Positions 1 to 12,819 of a stretch of 64,000 bases of DNA are shown here, piece after piece (position 1 is the first letter of the stretch; every line of letters starts with the position of its first letter). The notes under the pieces were generated by a model. It was given only the letters and a program-made list of their open reading frames with translations, was not told the origin of the DNA and did no database searches. This stretch comes from Octopus vulgaris (Eukaryota), in contig OX597819.1 in assembly GCA_951406725.2 (NCBI GenBank), forward strand, positions 102,424,001-102,488,000, written 5' to 3'. The translations under genes and the position numbers were made by a program.

Positions 1-295
1 AGTTAACGGGTGAAGATCCAGCCCACCCCCATAGAGATTTCCTACCCAATTAAATATTCATGCCACGCCGCTACTTTGATCTCATCGCATATCTACCCTA
101 AATTTAGTTCCAAGAATTTTACAACTTCGTGATTCTTATGTTTTTGTTTTTGCTTCAAATCGGATATTTAGGCAACCAAAATAATTCTCCTCTTCACTGA
201 TTTATAAACGTTTTTATGTATGTACGTACGGTTGTATGTGTGTGTCTATATAAAGTATGTATATGTATGTTTGTATGTATGTCTGCATATATGTT

Positions 296-348
<53 letters not shown>

Positions 349-541
349 CTACATTGTACACACATATATAGGAGTAAAAGATAGAGTTAGAGATAAATAG
401 AGATTATATATATATATATATATATATATTTATAATAAGAGTAGATCGTATACGAGTGGGTATATATATACATACAAACACACACATATGTATGTAATTA
501 TACATGTATGTATATATATGTATATATGTATTTATGTACGT

Positions 542-579
<38 letters not shown>

Positions 580-1054
580 ACTGATTTAAACTTTTAAATC
601 CGTATATGTATATTTAAACGTTATGTATATGCTTATATATGTGTGCATACATGTGTGTGGGGAGTGTACGTATATGTGTATATTTATATATATATGTTAC
701 GAATGTTTGTAGGCATGCATTATATGCAAGCGCGCGTGTGTGTATAAATGAGCATATATAGATATATGTATATATCATTTTCTCTTGGTGACTTGTTTTA
801 AAATTTCAACCGTTCTCCTGTTCGATTAACGTCGACTTTTTAAATCTCAAGAAAATATGGTAACATGAATTTATTCCAGATTTGCTGATTGTCTGTGTCG
901 GTTGAATTATAGAGAAGCGTTCTGTTCCAACAATCCAAGCTCATTTGCGCTACACTGATCCATACGAGTGGAATTAAATCCTGTCTCTGCAATATTTAAT
1001 GTTACCTTTGTTTGGCAGAAGTCCGTTAATTTTGAGGTGTAGTAGGTAACCGAT

Positions 1055-1217
1055 GTATAATCAATCCATGTACCTTACTGTACTTCAGTTTTATCTGTTC
1101 GGAGAGTATGGGAACAACGCTTAACTCAATGGTATTTAAACTCAATACGTAGATAGCGGTAAGAAATCCGGCAAAGTAATTTTTAAAACGCTCTGACATC
1201 TACCAATCCAGCGCCAT
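1055..1217 (-). mobile_element. Highly degenerate tRNA-derived SINE (family S2)
   Basis: Order of blocks aligns by eye with the better copies at 36986-37217 and 13880-14057; boundaries approximate. Confidence 0.4.
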
Positions 1218-2025
1218 CAAATTGAAAGATAATTTCATGAAGTGGATTTGTAAATTCTTCATTAATGATCTGTGTATGTATTTTACTTCTTTACTTCACT
1301 TTTATCATTTCGTGACATAAATTAGGCTGCTGGACCCTGAAATGAAATGAATATACAACATTTTCTTCCTTCGGACAGCTTCAGATTTTGTTCAATGAGC
1401 GAAAGTTTCATTTAATGAAACTATCATTCCAATAGCATAAATCGGACTTACGTAAATTACTTTTAAGACGCGATATTTCCACTCTTGCAAATACACTGAA
1501 GGACTATACGGGAGCCTTATTAAAATATAACTGCAATAATGAATTTGCAATGAAAGTTACTACATTCAAAATATAGCTGATTTTTTTTTCTGATGTAACC
1601 TCACCCATAATGCTCTAACTCTATTTATCTTCTACTTCTATATATTTGCGTACAATGGTGCAAAACAGAGCATTTAGTAATTAGGGATCTTCTGTGTCTT
1701 ACATGCATACGTTTTCAATCTGTCGTTGTTTGTTGACAATGCAATATTTCATTAATCAAGCAACGGTACACAAACTTACACCCAACGTTTAAATAAATAA
1801 ATATATATATATGTGTGTATATATATATATATATGTGTGTGTGAGTGTGTGTGTATGCGTGTATATATACATATATATATATATATATACTATATGAGGG
1901 AATATTATTCCAAACTTACAGAGAAAAATTCAATTTAGAAATACTAAATCAAATTTCACAAAAAATAATGTAATATAATATAATATATATATATATATAC
2001 ATAAATTAGAAGAAAACTACCTTTT

Positions 2026-2290
2026 ATCAATTCAATAATGAAAAATTAAATTATACCATTCAGAAAAATTACATGTTATAGAAAGATTAAATATAAGATA
2101 AAACATATAACAATGATTAAATAATGTGCAAAATAAATAAAACGTAAATATTTGGTGGAATAACAATACGTTTTATTTATTATTTTGCAGATTATTTAAT
2201 CATTGTTATATGTCTTATCTTATATTTCATCTTCTTATAACATGTAATTTTTCTAAACGGTATAATTTAATTTTTCATTATTGAATTGAT
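2026..2290. repeat. AT-rich foldback, ~120-bp arms, 20-nt spacer
   Basis: 2026-2146 is the reverse complement of 2167-2290 at roughly 90% identity by eye (ATCAATTCAATAATGAAAAATTAAATTATACC ... GGTATAATTTAATTTTTCATTATTGAATTGAT). Confidence 0.9.
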
Positions 2291-2350
2291 TAAATGTGTT
2301 TTTTTTTAAATTTACACACACACACACACACACACATACACACACACACG

Positions 2351-2420
<70 letters not shown>

Positions 2421-2421
2421 C

Positions 2422-2455
<34 letters not shown>

Positions 2456-2472
2456 ATGCATGTATGTACGTA

Positions 2473-2510
<38 letters not shown>

Positions 2511-2514
<4 letters not shown>

Positions 2515-2709
2515 ATCCAAACATGAAAACACAATATCGCGAGGACGTGGAACAAGTATAGTGTTATTGGACGCTCAGGAAAGAAGGAAAGAGGGGAGGG
2601 GTAACGTTTCGAGCGGAGCTCTTCGTCAGATACATAAGAAAAGGAAAGATCCAAAGAAGGGAAGACAGAGGGAAAAAAAAATCGCCAACGGTACACACGT
2701 GATCATACT

Positions 2710-2714
<5 letters not shown>
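2511..2714 (-). mobile_element. Penelope-like pLTR-type short repeat (family P1) with hammerhead core
   Basis: Homologous to 44596-44752 and 3475-3594; minus strand reads CTGACGA-A-GAGC-TCC-GCTC-GAAA-CGTT (2629->2603); (TA)n on both sides. Confidence 0.7.
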
Positions 2715-2755
<41 letters not shown>

Positions 2756-3474
2756 GCGCTCATTCACACATGGACAACCACACACGCATATAAGTTCTGA
2801 GTTTCGTGAAAGGGAGATGGTATCTTCAAACTGTAAACTTAATGACGTGAGCCGACAGGATCGACTCTGTTAAATGCATCAAAAGTGGCACCGAGCGAGG
2901 GATTAAGTCCACCCATCTGATAAGCCATGGCGAGATTTAAGTTCAGAACGCAAAGTACAATGACATATACTCTCTTTTAATCTATCGAACACCCTAACAA
3001 TCGTGCTACATTCGTAAGAACGAGTAAATCCATGGTAAGCAGTTTATATTTATGCATGCACAGAGGCAGATATATATACATACGAGTGTGTGTGTGTGTG
3101 TGTGACTGTATGTGTATATGTGTGTATGCATGTGTGTGAGTGTGTGTAGTTATATTTATGTATATACATGTGTGCGTGTGTATTCGAGAGAGATAACAAA
3201 AGAAAGAAGATAGCACTCAACACATTTGTTTAGAGTTATATAGATTTAATAACAGTTTGGTCCAGTTCCATATAATGAAAAATTCCATCTCATAAGGCGT
3301 TCACGTATTCGAAGGCAAAATATCTGATGCAACAAGAAGTTGCTCTACGCATGAAAATGTAAGTCCTATGAAACTGAATGAAAGTTTTGTTAAAAATATA
3401 TGCGTGCGTGTGTATATGTGGGGGGATGGTGTGCGCATGTGTGTATGAAAAGAGGTATATATATATATATATAT

Positions 3475-3592
3475 CTCCGCTCGAAACGTTAAACCCTCCT
3501 TCTTTCCTTCTTTCCTGAGCGTCCAATAATACTATATTTGTTCCACGTCCTCGCGTTGTTGTGTTTTTTTTTGTGCTTTCTTGTCTGGATTA

Positions 3593-3594
<2 letters not shown>
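3475..3594 (+). mobile_element. Truncated copy of family P1 (3' half of hammerhead plus downstream body)
   Basis: CTCCGCTCGAAACGTTAAACCCTCC...GGATTAAC matches the reverse complement of 2511-2620; embedded in (TA)n. Confidence 0.7.
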
Positions 3595-3654
<60 letters not shown>

Positions 3655-3716
3655 CATTGTATGGATGTATACAAGGGAGGTGCATAATATATATATATAA
3701 ATATATAGACATACAT

Positions 3717-3750
<34 letters not shown>

Positions 3751-4340
3751 ACACACACACATATATATATATATATACCTATGAATACGTACACGAAATT
3801 TGGACTCAAATTCCTTTTTTTTTTCTCTTTTTCGCTGTTATGGTTCTCGTGTTTCAGTGTTTCCTGGTGAAATTATCAATGGGTGAGGTCAATAAATTCT
3901 CTTGCTAAACAGTAATGTCATCCGTATATAAATCACGTAGCCGACCAAACCGCAGCACTGCTGTTATGAACAAAATTCAAATAAATGTCTACTACAAACA
4001 ACTTGTTTATTATTAATTTCTCGTTTCCTTTCGCCTCAACTTATGCACGCCTACACCCACGCGCAAGCCATGCATATATACACTCTCATAGACTAAATGT
4101 GTATGTACGAACAGAGAACAGTAGCTTTATCTTCCTTTCTTTTAAGCCTCTACATTTTGCTCTCGTTTTTATATAGTGTTCCTAAGTAGGTGTATGACTG
4201 TGAGTGTGAATGTGTATGCGAGCGTGCTTGCTTGCATCTCTGACTGTGGGATACGAAGTTTGCTTCCCAAATACACGGTTCTGCATTAAGTACCTCTGTG
4301 TGGGACCTTGGGTAGGTGTCTCCAAGATTTTGTGTATATA

Positions 4341-4746
4341 GGCGTAGGAGTGGCTGTGTGGTAAGTAGATTGCTTACCAATCACATAGTTCCGGGTTCAT
4401 TCCCACTGCCTGGCACCTTGGGCGAGTGTCTTCTAGTAGAGCCTCGGGCTGACCAAAGCCTTGAGAGTGGATTTGTTAGACGAAAACTGAGAGAAGCTCG
4501 TCGTATATATGTATGTATATATGTATGTGTGTGTATATGTTTGTGTGTTTTTCTATGTCCCCCAACATCGCTTGACAACCGATGGTGGTGTGTTTACCTC
4601 ACCGTAACTTAGCGGTTCGGCAAAAGAGACCAATAAAATAAGTACTAGGCTTCCACAGAATAAGTCCTGAGGTCGATTTGCTCGATTAAAGGCGGTGCTC
4701 CCGCATGGCCGAAGTCAAATGACTGAAACAAGTAAAAGAGTAAGAG
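4341..4746 (+). mobile_element. Full-length tRNA-derived SINE (family S1) with internal microsatellite
   Basis: A-box-like TGGCTGTGTGG, B-box-like GGTTCATTCCC, internal TA/TG tract at 4504-4555, tail GACTGAAACAAGTAAAAGAGTAAGAG; homologous copies at 18741, 22196, 15928, 17291. Confidence 0.85.
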
Positions 4747-4834
4747 CAAAAGTGTATAGCAGAAAGTTATTCATTGTACAATAAAAGTATTTTACAAATG
4801 ATGCTTGCATATCGCCTTCCAAATATACACACGT

Positions 4835-4898
4835 ACATACATACATACATACATACATACATACATACATACATACATACATACATACATACATACAT
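4835..4898. repeat. (ACAT)n microsatellite
   Basis: Direct reading; abuts the 5' end of the LINE fragment at 4899. Confidence 0.95.
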
Positions 4899-5160
4899 GT
4901 CAATAATAATTGGAGCACTAGATTTTTGTTAGTAAGTTCTTAAATGAGAGCTTAGATAAACTGGGATTTTCAGAAAGAGAAATCAACCGGATGATTCATA
5001 CATTACAAGTTCAATTTGTGAGGGGAACAGTAAAAACATACAAGACTTTTGTCAAGTCCCAAAAGTGAATTTATCTGTGTTGACTACATCCCAAAGATGG
5101 AGCCCTGTATCTTTGTTGGAAACCGCCTGGATGATTTATAATAATTAAAAAACAGAAAAG
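4899..5160 (+). mobile_element. 5'-truncated R4/Dong-like non-LTR retrotransposon 3' end (family D)
   Basis: With one frameshift reads [48 protein letters not shown], the C-terminus of an RLE-type LINE ORF; similar to 38250-38414 and 36280-36480. Confidence 0.75.
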
Positions 5161-6012
5161 ACACTCATACCTGCATACTTATATATATACAAAATGCAGA
5201 ACTTACAGCATTTGTGCCCTGACTATGAATTTTTATTTGTACTTATCATCATAGATACATTAGGTTATGTACGAATAAATTTACGCAAAAACCGAGAAAT
5301 TCTCGGTTTCATAGAGAAAGAGGAAAAGAAACCGATACGGATTTTCCAAATCCAATGTAGTAATAGCACAGTGAACATTTGCAAGACATTGCAAATTTCT
5401 CCATCAATGCTTCTTTTATGAATAGATGCACAAATATGGGTGTGTGCATCGACAGTTCAACTAACACACACACACATACATACAGTGCAAACAACACACA
5501 TATTTACATACATACACTCATGGCTGCAAACTCCTGTTCGAAAGTCCCACGTTTGCGAAGGCTACAATCAGCCGCATTTGTGACAGGTCTTTGTTTCTTT
5601 TTCAAGCGATGCCTGTGCACAAATATAATCCCACTCTCTGAATATGAACAATGTAAACTCGAAAAGAACTATTTTACATCATCAAATATTGTCAGTGTCG
5701 CAAGTTTTCCCTCAGAGTTTCCCCTTTCTAGAGAGATGCTGTGAGAACAGAGGACCAACAGCATGCCTGGACACCAACCCTGATATTTCCACATCCCTGC
5801 GCATACATACATATATTGTTGGATGGCCGTTGACTGTTCATGAGCTCTTTCAGCCTTTGACAGGTCTTACTCTTCGTCTTGTAAGGTGTCCATCAAACAC
5901 CTTTCTCACCAATCAAGCTTAATAGGGTTGCCAATTTAGACGCCGACGACCCCACCATATAACAGGTTGTACTAGGTTAAATGTTACCAGTAGCGCCCTC
6001 AAGTGTGACCTC

Positions 6013-6106
6013 ACATAAACATACATACATACATGCATACATATATACATACATACATACATACATACATACATTCATACATACATACATACATACATAC
6101 ATACAT
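6013..6106. repeat. (CATA)n microsatellite
   Basis: Direct reading. Confidence 0.9.
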
Positions 6107-6190
6107 GGTGATTGTTCGTTTTTCACAGATGATTGTCGTCTCCCCTTGTCGTGTGTAGTACTTCTGACTTAAAATCAATGAAATATGTTA

Positions 6191-6625
6191 TGACGTCACA
6201 GATGGTTGTTCAGTCCCGTTGCAGATCTGCACGGTTTAAAGCATAAGTAACCGACAAAAGATGTGACTTAATGTGCGTTTCTAACTGGTTGGGTCAGCAC
6301 GGGGTGCCACATTTCTATCGTCATCAGTAGATGGAATGACAAATGAGGTCACCATAAAGAGACATCTGTACGTCATTGGGATATAGCCGCAAACGCTTGT
6401 ACAACACAAATACTGCTCCCTGAGTCTCTGTGAATAATACCAAGTGACGGGCTCAAGCGAATGATTAGTAATCACCTGAAATCGAAGGTTTTACACTAGA
6501 GTGAGACCATACTAGAAAGATGCCGTTACTAAAATCAGGGTTCCGTTACTCGTTGTGCGTGCCTTACTGCATGTCTAAAACCCACCAATGACATTTCTGC
6601 GTCCCTGCACCCAAATGGATCGTCA
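6191..6625. promoter_or_regulatory. Candidate CRE/ATF site cluster
   Basis: TGACGTCA at 6191-6198; half sites at 6319, 6371, 6445, 6621 in non-repetitive DNA. Confidence 0.3.
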
Positions 6626-6865
6626 TTACATATGCTAAGTAACTCTAACCGGGACAGGTGCTATATCCGGTAGCGGCGCTTTGGTTTGGGAGTTCCAGAA
6701 TTCTGAGGAGTGTGAAACCACCTCTTAACCAAAATTGTTCTCATATCTACTCTAACATACATGCAGACATGTGCACATACATATATGTATATACATACAT
6801 ATACACATACATAGTTGTATACACACATATATATATATATATATATATACACGCACGCACACACA

Positions 6866-6955
<90 letters not shown>

Positions 6956-7368
6956 TATAATTAAGGTGGCTAGACGCTATTTACAAGCAAAAAGGAAATA
7001 CTTCGCCGCCACTAAAGGTGACCAAGGGTGCAGTGAGCACCAAGATTCCTAGAAATAAGAGTCATAGAAACGTTATGTGCGCGTGTGTGTGTGCGCGTAA
7101 ATAAATCAAGTTACTGGTGTGTATTGTTTTGTCACACGGTACATTATAGCATATAGATGAAACGTTAGTAACGCACTACTAATTTAATATTCAAACTAGT
7201 TGCCAAGAAAATTTTAAATGTATAAATCAGAACATTCAGTCTTGTCAACAAATTTATTAGAAGTTGGTTTATGGATAACTAAGGAAGGCGCAAATCTACA
7301 GACGAAGGTGGCAATAAAGTTGAAATATGTACATACGGCTGCTTCATTCTCTGTTCGTGCCTGTTTTA

Positions 7369-7387
7369 TATCTATCTATCTATCTAC

Positions 7388-7455
<68 letters not shown>

Positions 7456-7456
7456 G

Positions 7457-7517
<61 letters not shown>
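7369..7517. repeat. (ATCT)n microsatellite
   Basis: Direct reading. Confidence 0.95.
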
Positions 7518-7518
<1 letters not shown>

Positions 7519-8795
7519 CCTATATGTTTGCGTATCTGAGTGTGTGTTGGTCGTGAGGTAATGCAGCTATTCCCTTTGTGTGTATGTTCACTATCCAAAT
7601 TATGCAATGTCTTTCGGTCACACAGACCGATGTATTTGTTCGTACTATCTGACTATTATCACAGCAAGGCTACAAAATCCAATACTGGTATCAATGTTTG
7701 CTATGGTCATGGCGAAGAACCTTCTCATCTTTTAATTTCATTTCAATCTAAACGGGTACCGTTTTGCAATATGACCCAATGATGTCAGTGATGCTGACAT
7801 CATCGAAATAAAAAATATATCTCATGATGTTCAGTTAGATTCATTTTATATATCAATTCTGTCAACTATTGACTAACATTCTATCGAAATGAGCTTCTTC
7901 TCCAAGTATTCTTATTGCTGTTAATGTTTATCCATTAATCAATTCCTCCTAGCAAATGTTATGTGAAAGATTCTCCCAGTCGTGACTATCTCGCTGATGA
8001 GGTCAGCATAAGAACACACTATTTATGAATAAGATATAAACTATAGACAAATGTTCTTTTTTCTTTTTATTCATTACTCCACTGCATCTCGTTAGCTTCT
8101 TGATATACCCTACATTAAGTATACTAATACTGACTACAATTCGGACCAGTACCGACTTAGGCCATTGACCACTAGGTATATGACGATGTTGTGGATCAAT
8201 GCTAATATATGTGTACTGTGACTTTCTGTAACTAAATTAATGGTTGACTTACTCGTCGCTTTGAAGTATAACGGTTTAGTAAGGTACACCTATCATCGTT
8301 GTTTGCTGATCAACCTGCATTACGAATCTTATTATTGTGAAATTTTGCGCAGAACCGGTCATACATCTACGTCCGTCACACTTGTGTTGCTTTCAGCCAA
8401 CAAGTTCTATGTATCCAATAGGTACCAGGATGCAAGATTTCTATGGAATTATTTTCTCTTAGGTGAACAGCTCAAGAGCTGAAGGGTGTAATCCGCCCTG
8501 GATCCGTTGGGATGTCTGTAAGTGACATTTTGCCGGAAGTAATTTATGCAGCATTCTAATTAACCCTAAACTGGGGCATTGACATGTACAACAAATCGGA
8601 GTAAGAGTTGACCTCAGAACAATAGTGGCTAAGATTTGGTTCTACACTCTTCAGAACCCTAGGACTTCGGAATCGGGGCCCGATTACCAACTACAGTTTA
8701 AAGTCATTGCTAGGACAACTCATGACGAAGATAACTCACAATGAAAATAACTCATACCAAAGATATTCCTCAAATCAAGAGACCTAAGGTCCTTC

Positions 8796-9028
8796 TTGGT
8801 CAATAAGATTCATAAGGCCGATTTACTGGATTTTGTGGTGTGTATACTTCATGTCTGTACGTGAAGACTGTCCGTTGCAGGATTACTCATTTTTGACACC
8901 TGACTGGACTGGAGCGACCTGAAATATGATGGTTTGCGCAAGAATACAAAGTATCACTCAGTTCAAGAATCGAAACCGCAATCTTAAGATCATGAATGCG
9001 ACACCCTAAACAACAAGCCAAGCGCTCC
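8796..9028 (-). mobile_element. Degenerate tRNA-derived SINE (S3-related)
   Basis: Minus strand GGAGCGCTTGGCTTGTTGTTTAGGG...GGTTTCGATTC head; tail resembles that of 27843-28105. Confidence 0.55.
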
Positions 9029-9090
9029 TACCAGGGCTTACATACATACTTATATATACATACATATACATGCATGCACATCTTTGTACG

Positions 9091-9127
<37 letters not shown>

Positions 9128-9129
9128 TA

Positions 9130-9337
9130 TTATTTTAAGCAGCAGAAAATTCAACAAAATCTGTTACTCTGAGTTTCTCGTTGCCGTTCATCAGACACTG
9201 TCTGATGAACGGCAACGAGAAACTCAGAGTAACAGATTTTGTTGAATTTTCTGCTGCTTAAAATAAAGCATATTACTCTACCACTGGTATTTGAGTACTC
9301 TTTTTTCCACCTTGTTTCACATTTATGTGTTTACTCC

Positions 9338-9340
<3 letters not shown>
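9130..9340 (+). mobile_element. Penelope-like pLTR fragment with inverted 5' duplication (family P2)
   Basis: Perfect palindrome 9130-9197/9199-9266; right arm continues to 9340; (TA)n on both flanks; contains a hammerhead motif. Confidence 0.7.
9198..9235 (+). ncRNA. Minimal type I hammerhead ribozyme motif
   Basis: Stem I CTGT/ACAG, CTGATGA (9202-9208), stem II ACG-GCAA-CGA, GAAA (9219-9222), stem III CTC-A-GAG, GTA cleavage triplet ending at 9231. First pair of stem II is an A.A mismatch. Confidence 0.7.
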
Positions 9341-9374
<34 letters not shown>

Positions 9375-9384
9375 AATATTATAT

Positions 9385-9673
9385 GTGGTTAGGGCAGCGG
9401 ACTCGCGGTCGTAGGATCGCGGTTTCGATTCCCAGATCGGGCGTTGTGAGTGTTTATTGAGTGAAAACACCTAAAGCTCCACGAGGCTCCGCGGGTGGGG
9501 GGATCCCTGCTGTACTCTTTCACCACAACTTTCTCTCACTCTTTCTTCTGTTGGCTTGCTCGCTTAGCCAGCGGGGTGGCGTCATTTGAAGGCTAAAACA
9601 ATGTGAAGCGCATTGTGACCAGCGATATATAGCAACATCTGATAGCCTGGTCGGTCACGGTGATGACTGTGAT
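9385..9673 (+). mobile_element. tRNA-derived SINE (family S3, tail type a)
   Basis: GTGGTTAGGGCAGCGGACTCGCGGTCGTAGGATCGCGGTTTCGATTCCCAGA tRNA-like head with B box; head shared with 27843. Confidence 0.8.
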
Positions 9674-10428
9674 ATGTATTTCTATATAGACACATATATA
9701 TAGATATATATGTGTATGTAGTTTAATTTTATACTTATAATATATGAACTACAATCTAAATGAATAAATAAATGATATAGCTGCATAGGCTTAAATACTA
9801 TGAGCAATATTTTGTCTAAGGATGCATTATCCAAGCAAACTTCTCTTGAGGCAGTACAGTGTGGTTCGAATGAGACGGGTGAGATATTTCAAAGAAATTA
9901 AGTCAAATCGCAGTGATTCAGTCCTTGGTTCATTGATGATATAATTAATTACTTGCCCCTATACATTTGTACATGAGTATGTGTCTCTACAAGTGTGTAC
10001 ACGAGTACTTATATAAACGTGAGCGCAGATCATAATGTGTATGTTTGCACGAGTGGTATGTTTCTTCTGATTGTATGTATGTTTCTATATGAATATAAAG
10101 GGAAGGCCAAAACTTAAATGCCAGTGAGGCTGGTGAGACCGGTCAAATTTAAACACAATAAAATATCGAAGCTAAGACGCCTTAACATCGATTGCATTTT
10201 ATTTTGTTCGTTTGTTGCCGAAACTTTTATGCCTTTTTTTTTTGTTGTTTTAGCTTTTGTTGTTGCTATAGTTCAATCTATGTAAAGAGGTACATTAACC
10301 AATCAATCAATAAATTAAGATAAACTAAGTAAATCAGCCATTTTTACATCCTTTAAGTGGCACTTTGGTTCTTTGACGGGCTTCAGATGTTTACACACAA
10401 ACACAAACCCACACAGTCATACACACAG

Positions 10429-10493
<65 letters not shown>

Positions 10494-10683
10494 CACATAC
10501 GGGCTAGGATTTTTAGTAGACCTCATTAGAGTTTCGGTGAGGGCTATATTAGAATTGTGCAGCTTCAATTGTTGTGCGAGGCTGTCATAAATTGTAACGA
10601 ATCAATTTCCGAGTTGGAAAGAAGGCAATAAAGTGAGAAATGTGTAAACGAAATCACCCCAACCTAACCCCACTCTCTCTTTA

Positions 10684-10754
<71 letters not shown>

Positions 10755-11059
10755 CCTCCTTCTCTCTTTCATTCACTCTCCCTCTCTCTCAGTTCATGTA
10801 TATATGTATGTGTATATATATATGTTTACACACATATACATATATACATATCAATACGTATATATATATATATATATGATATATATATAGGCAGACACAC
10901 ATATTTATACACACATGCATATAAGCATACATACATATATACAAGCATGCATATATATATATATATATATATATATGTTTGTGTGGGTGTATGGCCTCCG
11001 CATCACATTTGACTTAGCCGCGTATCCACTGTGTGAGAGCCAGAGTGTCATATGGCTAC

Positions 11060-11223
11060 GTCAAATTTCAGTTGTTACTCATTTTCTTTTGGGTAGGGGC
11101 GGGGGATTAGCTTAAAATAAAATGCCTCCTTGGTCGACACAACCCGCTGCCCAGAAGAGAAATCGAACGCACGAACTTATGTGCGTGGGCTCATTATTCG
11201 GCCAACAGACCACGTGCATTCAT
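11060..11223 (-). mobile_element. Degenerate tRNA-derived SINE head
   Basis: Minus strand TGAATGCACGTGGTCTGTTGG...GTTCGATTTC...GTTGTGTC resembles the head of 42058-42287. Confidence 0.45.
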
Positions 11224-11253
11224 CATGCACATATACCTATAGTAGTGTGTTTA

Positions 11254-11355
<102 letters not shown>

Positions 11356-11457
11356 TGCGCATACGTACAGACATTCAATATACATGTATGTATGTATTTA
11401 TATACATGTAGATATGCATATATGTAAATATAATTATTATTTATATGTGTGTATATA

Positions 11458-11520
<63 letters not shown>

Positions 11521-11537
11521 ATATGTGTGTGTGTGTG

Positions 11538-11615
<78 letters not shown>

Positions 11616-11779
11616 TGTGTATATGTTGACTTAAAATGGTCTATAAAAAACTATAATAAAATGATGCATGTCATTACCTTACTGATACAAGCTGGTACAC
11701 ACATTTAGGTATAGAGACAGTGTAATATATATATGTGTGTGTGTACACACACATACACACACACACGCACACACACACA

Positions 11780-11823
<44 letters not shown>

Positions 11824-11935
11824 AATATGCATCTATATATGTATGTGTGTGCGCGCGTATGTGCGTGTGCGTGGGTGTGTGTGGCGATGTCTGTATATCG
11901 CTATATGTAACTATGTATATGTATCTATATATGTG

Positions 11936-11975
<40 letters not shown>

Positions 11976-12549
11976 TGAGAAGGTAGAAGTGAGACAAAAA
12001 TGTGAGCTTCAATAAAATTTGACCATCTTTAGATGTTGTGCAATGTTCCTGCTAAAATTACTATAAAAACTGACCGTGTATAAAGTAAACACAAATTTGA
12101 TAGCAGGTATCTATACGTGTAATTACAGAGGAACACAGAGGCAGTATCGCAAGGAAAAGACCCGCGTTGACACCCACATACACAGAGATATTCATACACC
12201 ACCGCACTCAAAAATTTTATCGTAAAACTGAAAGAAAAAAAGGAAAGCGTAGCAAAAAAACTATCTATCGTATAATTTTACTATCTATATTGAGAAAACT
12301 ACTAAACAGACAATGGTCCGTATCATGAGATCGAAAGTGCATAATGTGAATAGTATTAATTTAAGTGTCAGTTACCAACTCCATGTAGTTGTGGAGTATG
12401 TAAACCAAAAGGGTTGCATAGGAATGGACAGTAAGCAGTGGCAGCACTGTAAATTAAGGTGTGTGTTGTTTTACATGCGTTTGATATGGTGCGAGTGGGA
12501 CAATTCCCATTAACGTTTTGGCGATGGCAAACTGGGCGAAACTGATGCT

Positions 12550-12819
12550 TATTTCTTTATTGCCCAGAAGGGGCTAAACATGGAGGGAACAAACAAGGAC
12601 AGACAGAGGGATTTACATCGATTGCATCAACCCCAGTGCGTAACTGGTACTTAATTTATCGATCCCGAAAGGATAAAAGGCAAAGTCGACCTCGGCGAAA
12701 TTTCAACTCAGAACGTAGCGGCAGACGAAATACCTATTTCTTTACTACCCACACGGGGCTAAACACAGAGAGGAAAAACAAGGACGGACAAACGGATTAA
12801 GTCGATTATATCGACCCCA
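12550..12819 (-). mobile_element. Head-to-tail 1.5-mer of SINE family S2 (tail T1)
   Basis: 12550-12734 and 12735-12819 repeat the same tail; core GTCGACTTTGCCTTTTATCCTTTCGGGATCGATAAATTAAGTACCAG on minus strand. Confidence 0.85.

Noticed and set aside
6300-6330. Other CTGANGA...GAAA matches (6327 minus, 6703 plus, 14279 minus, 7994 plus)
   Set aside because: No stem II and/or stem I pairing; chance matches.
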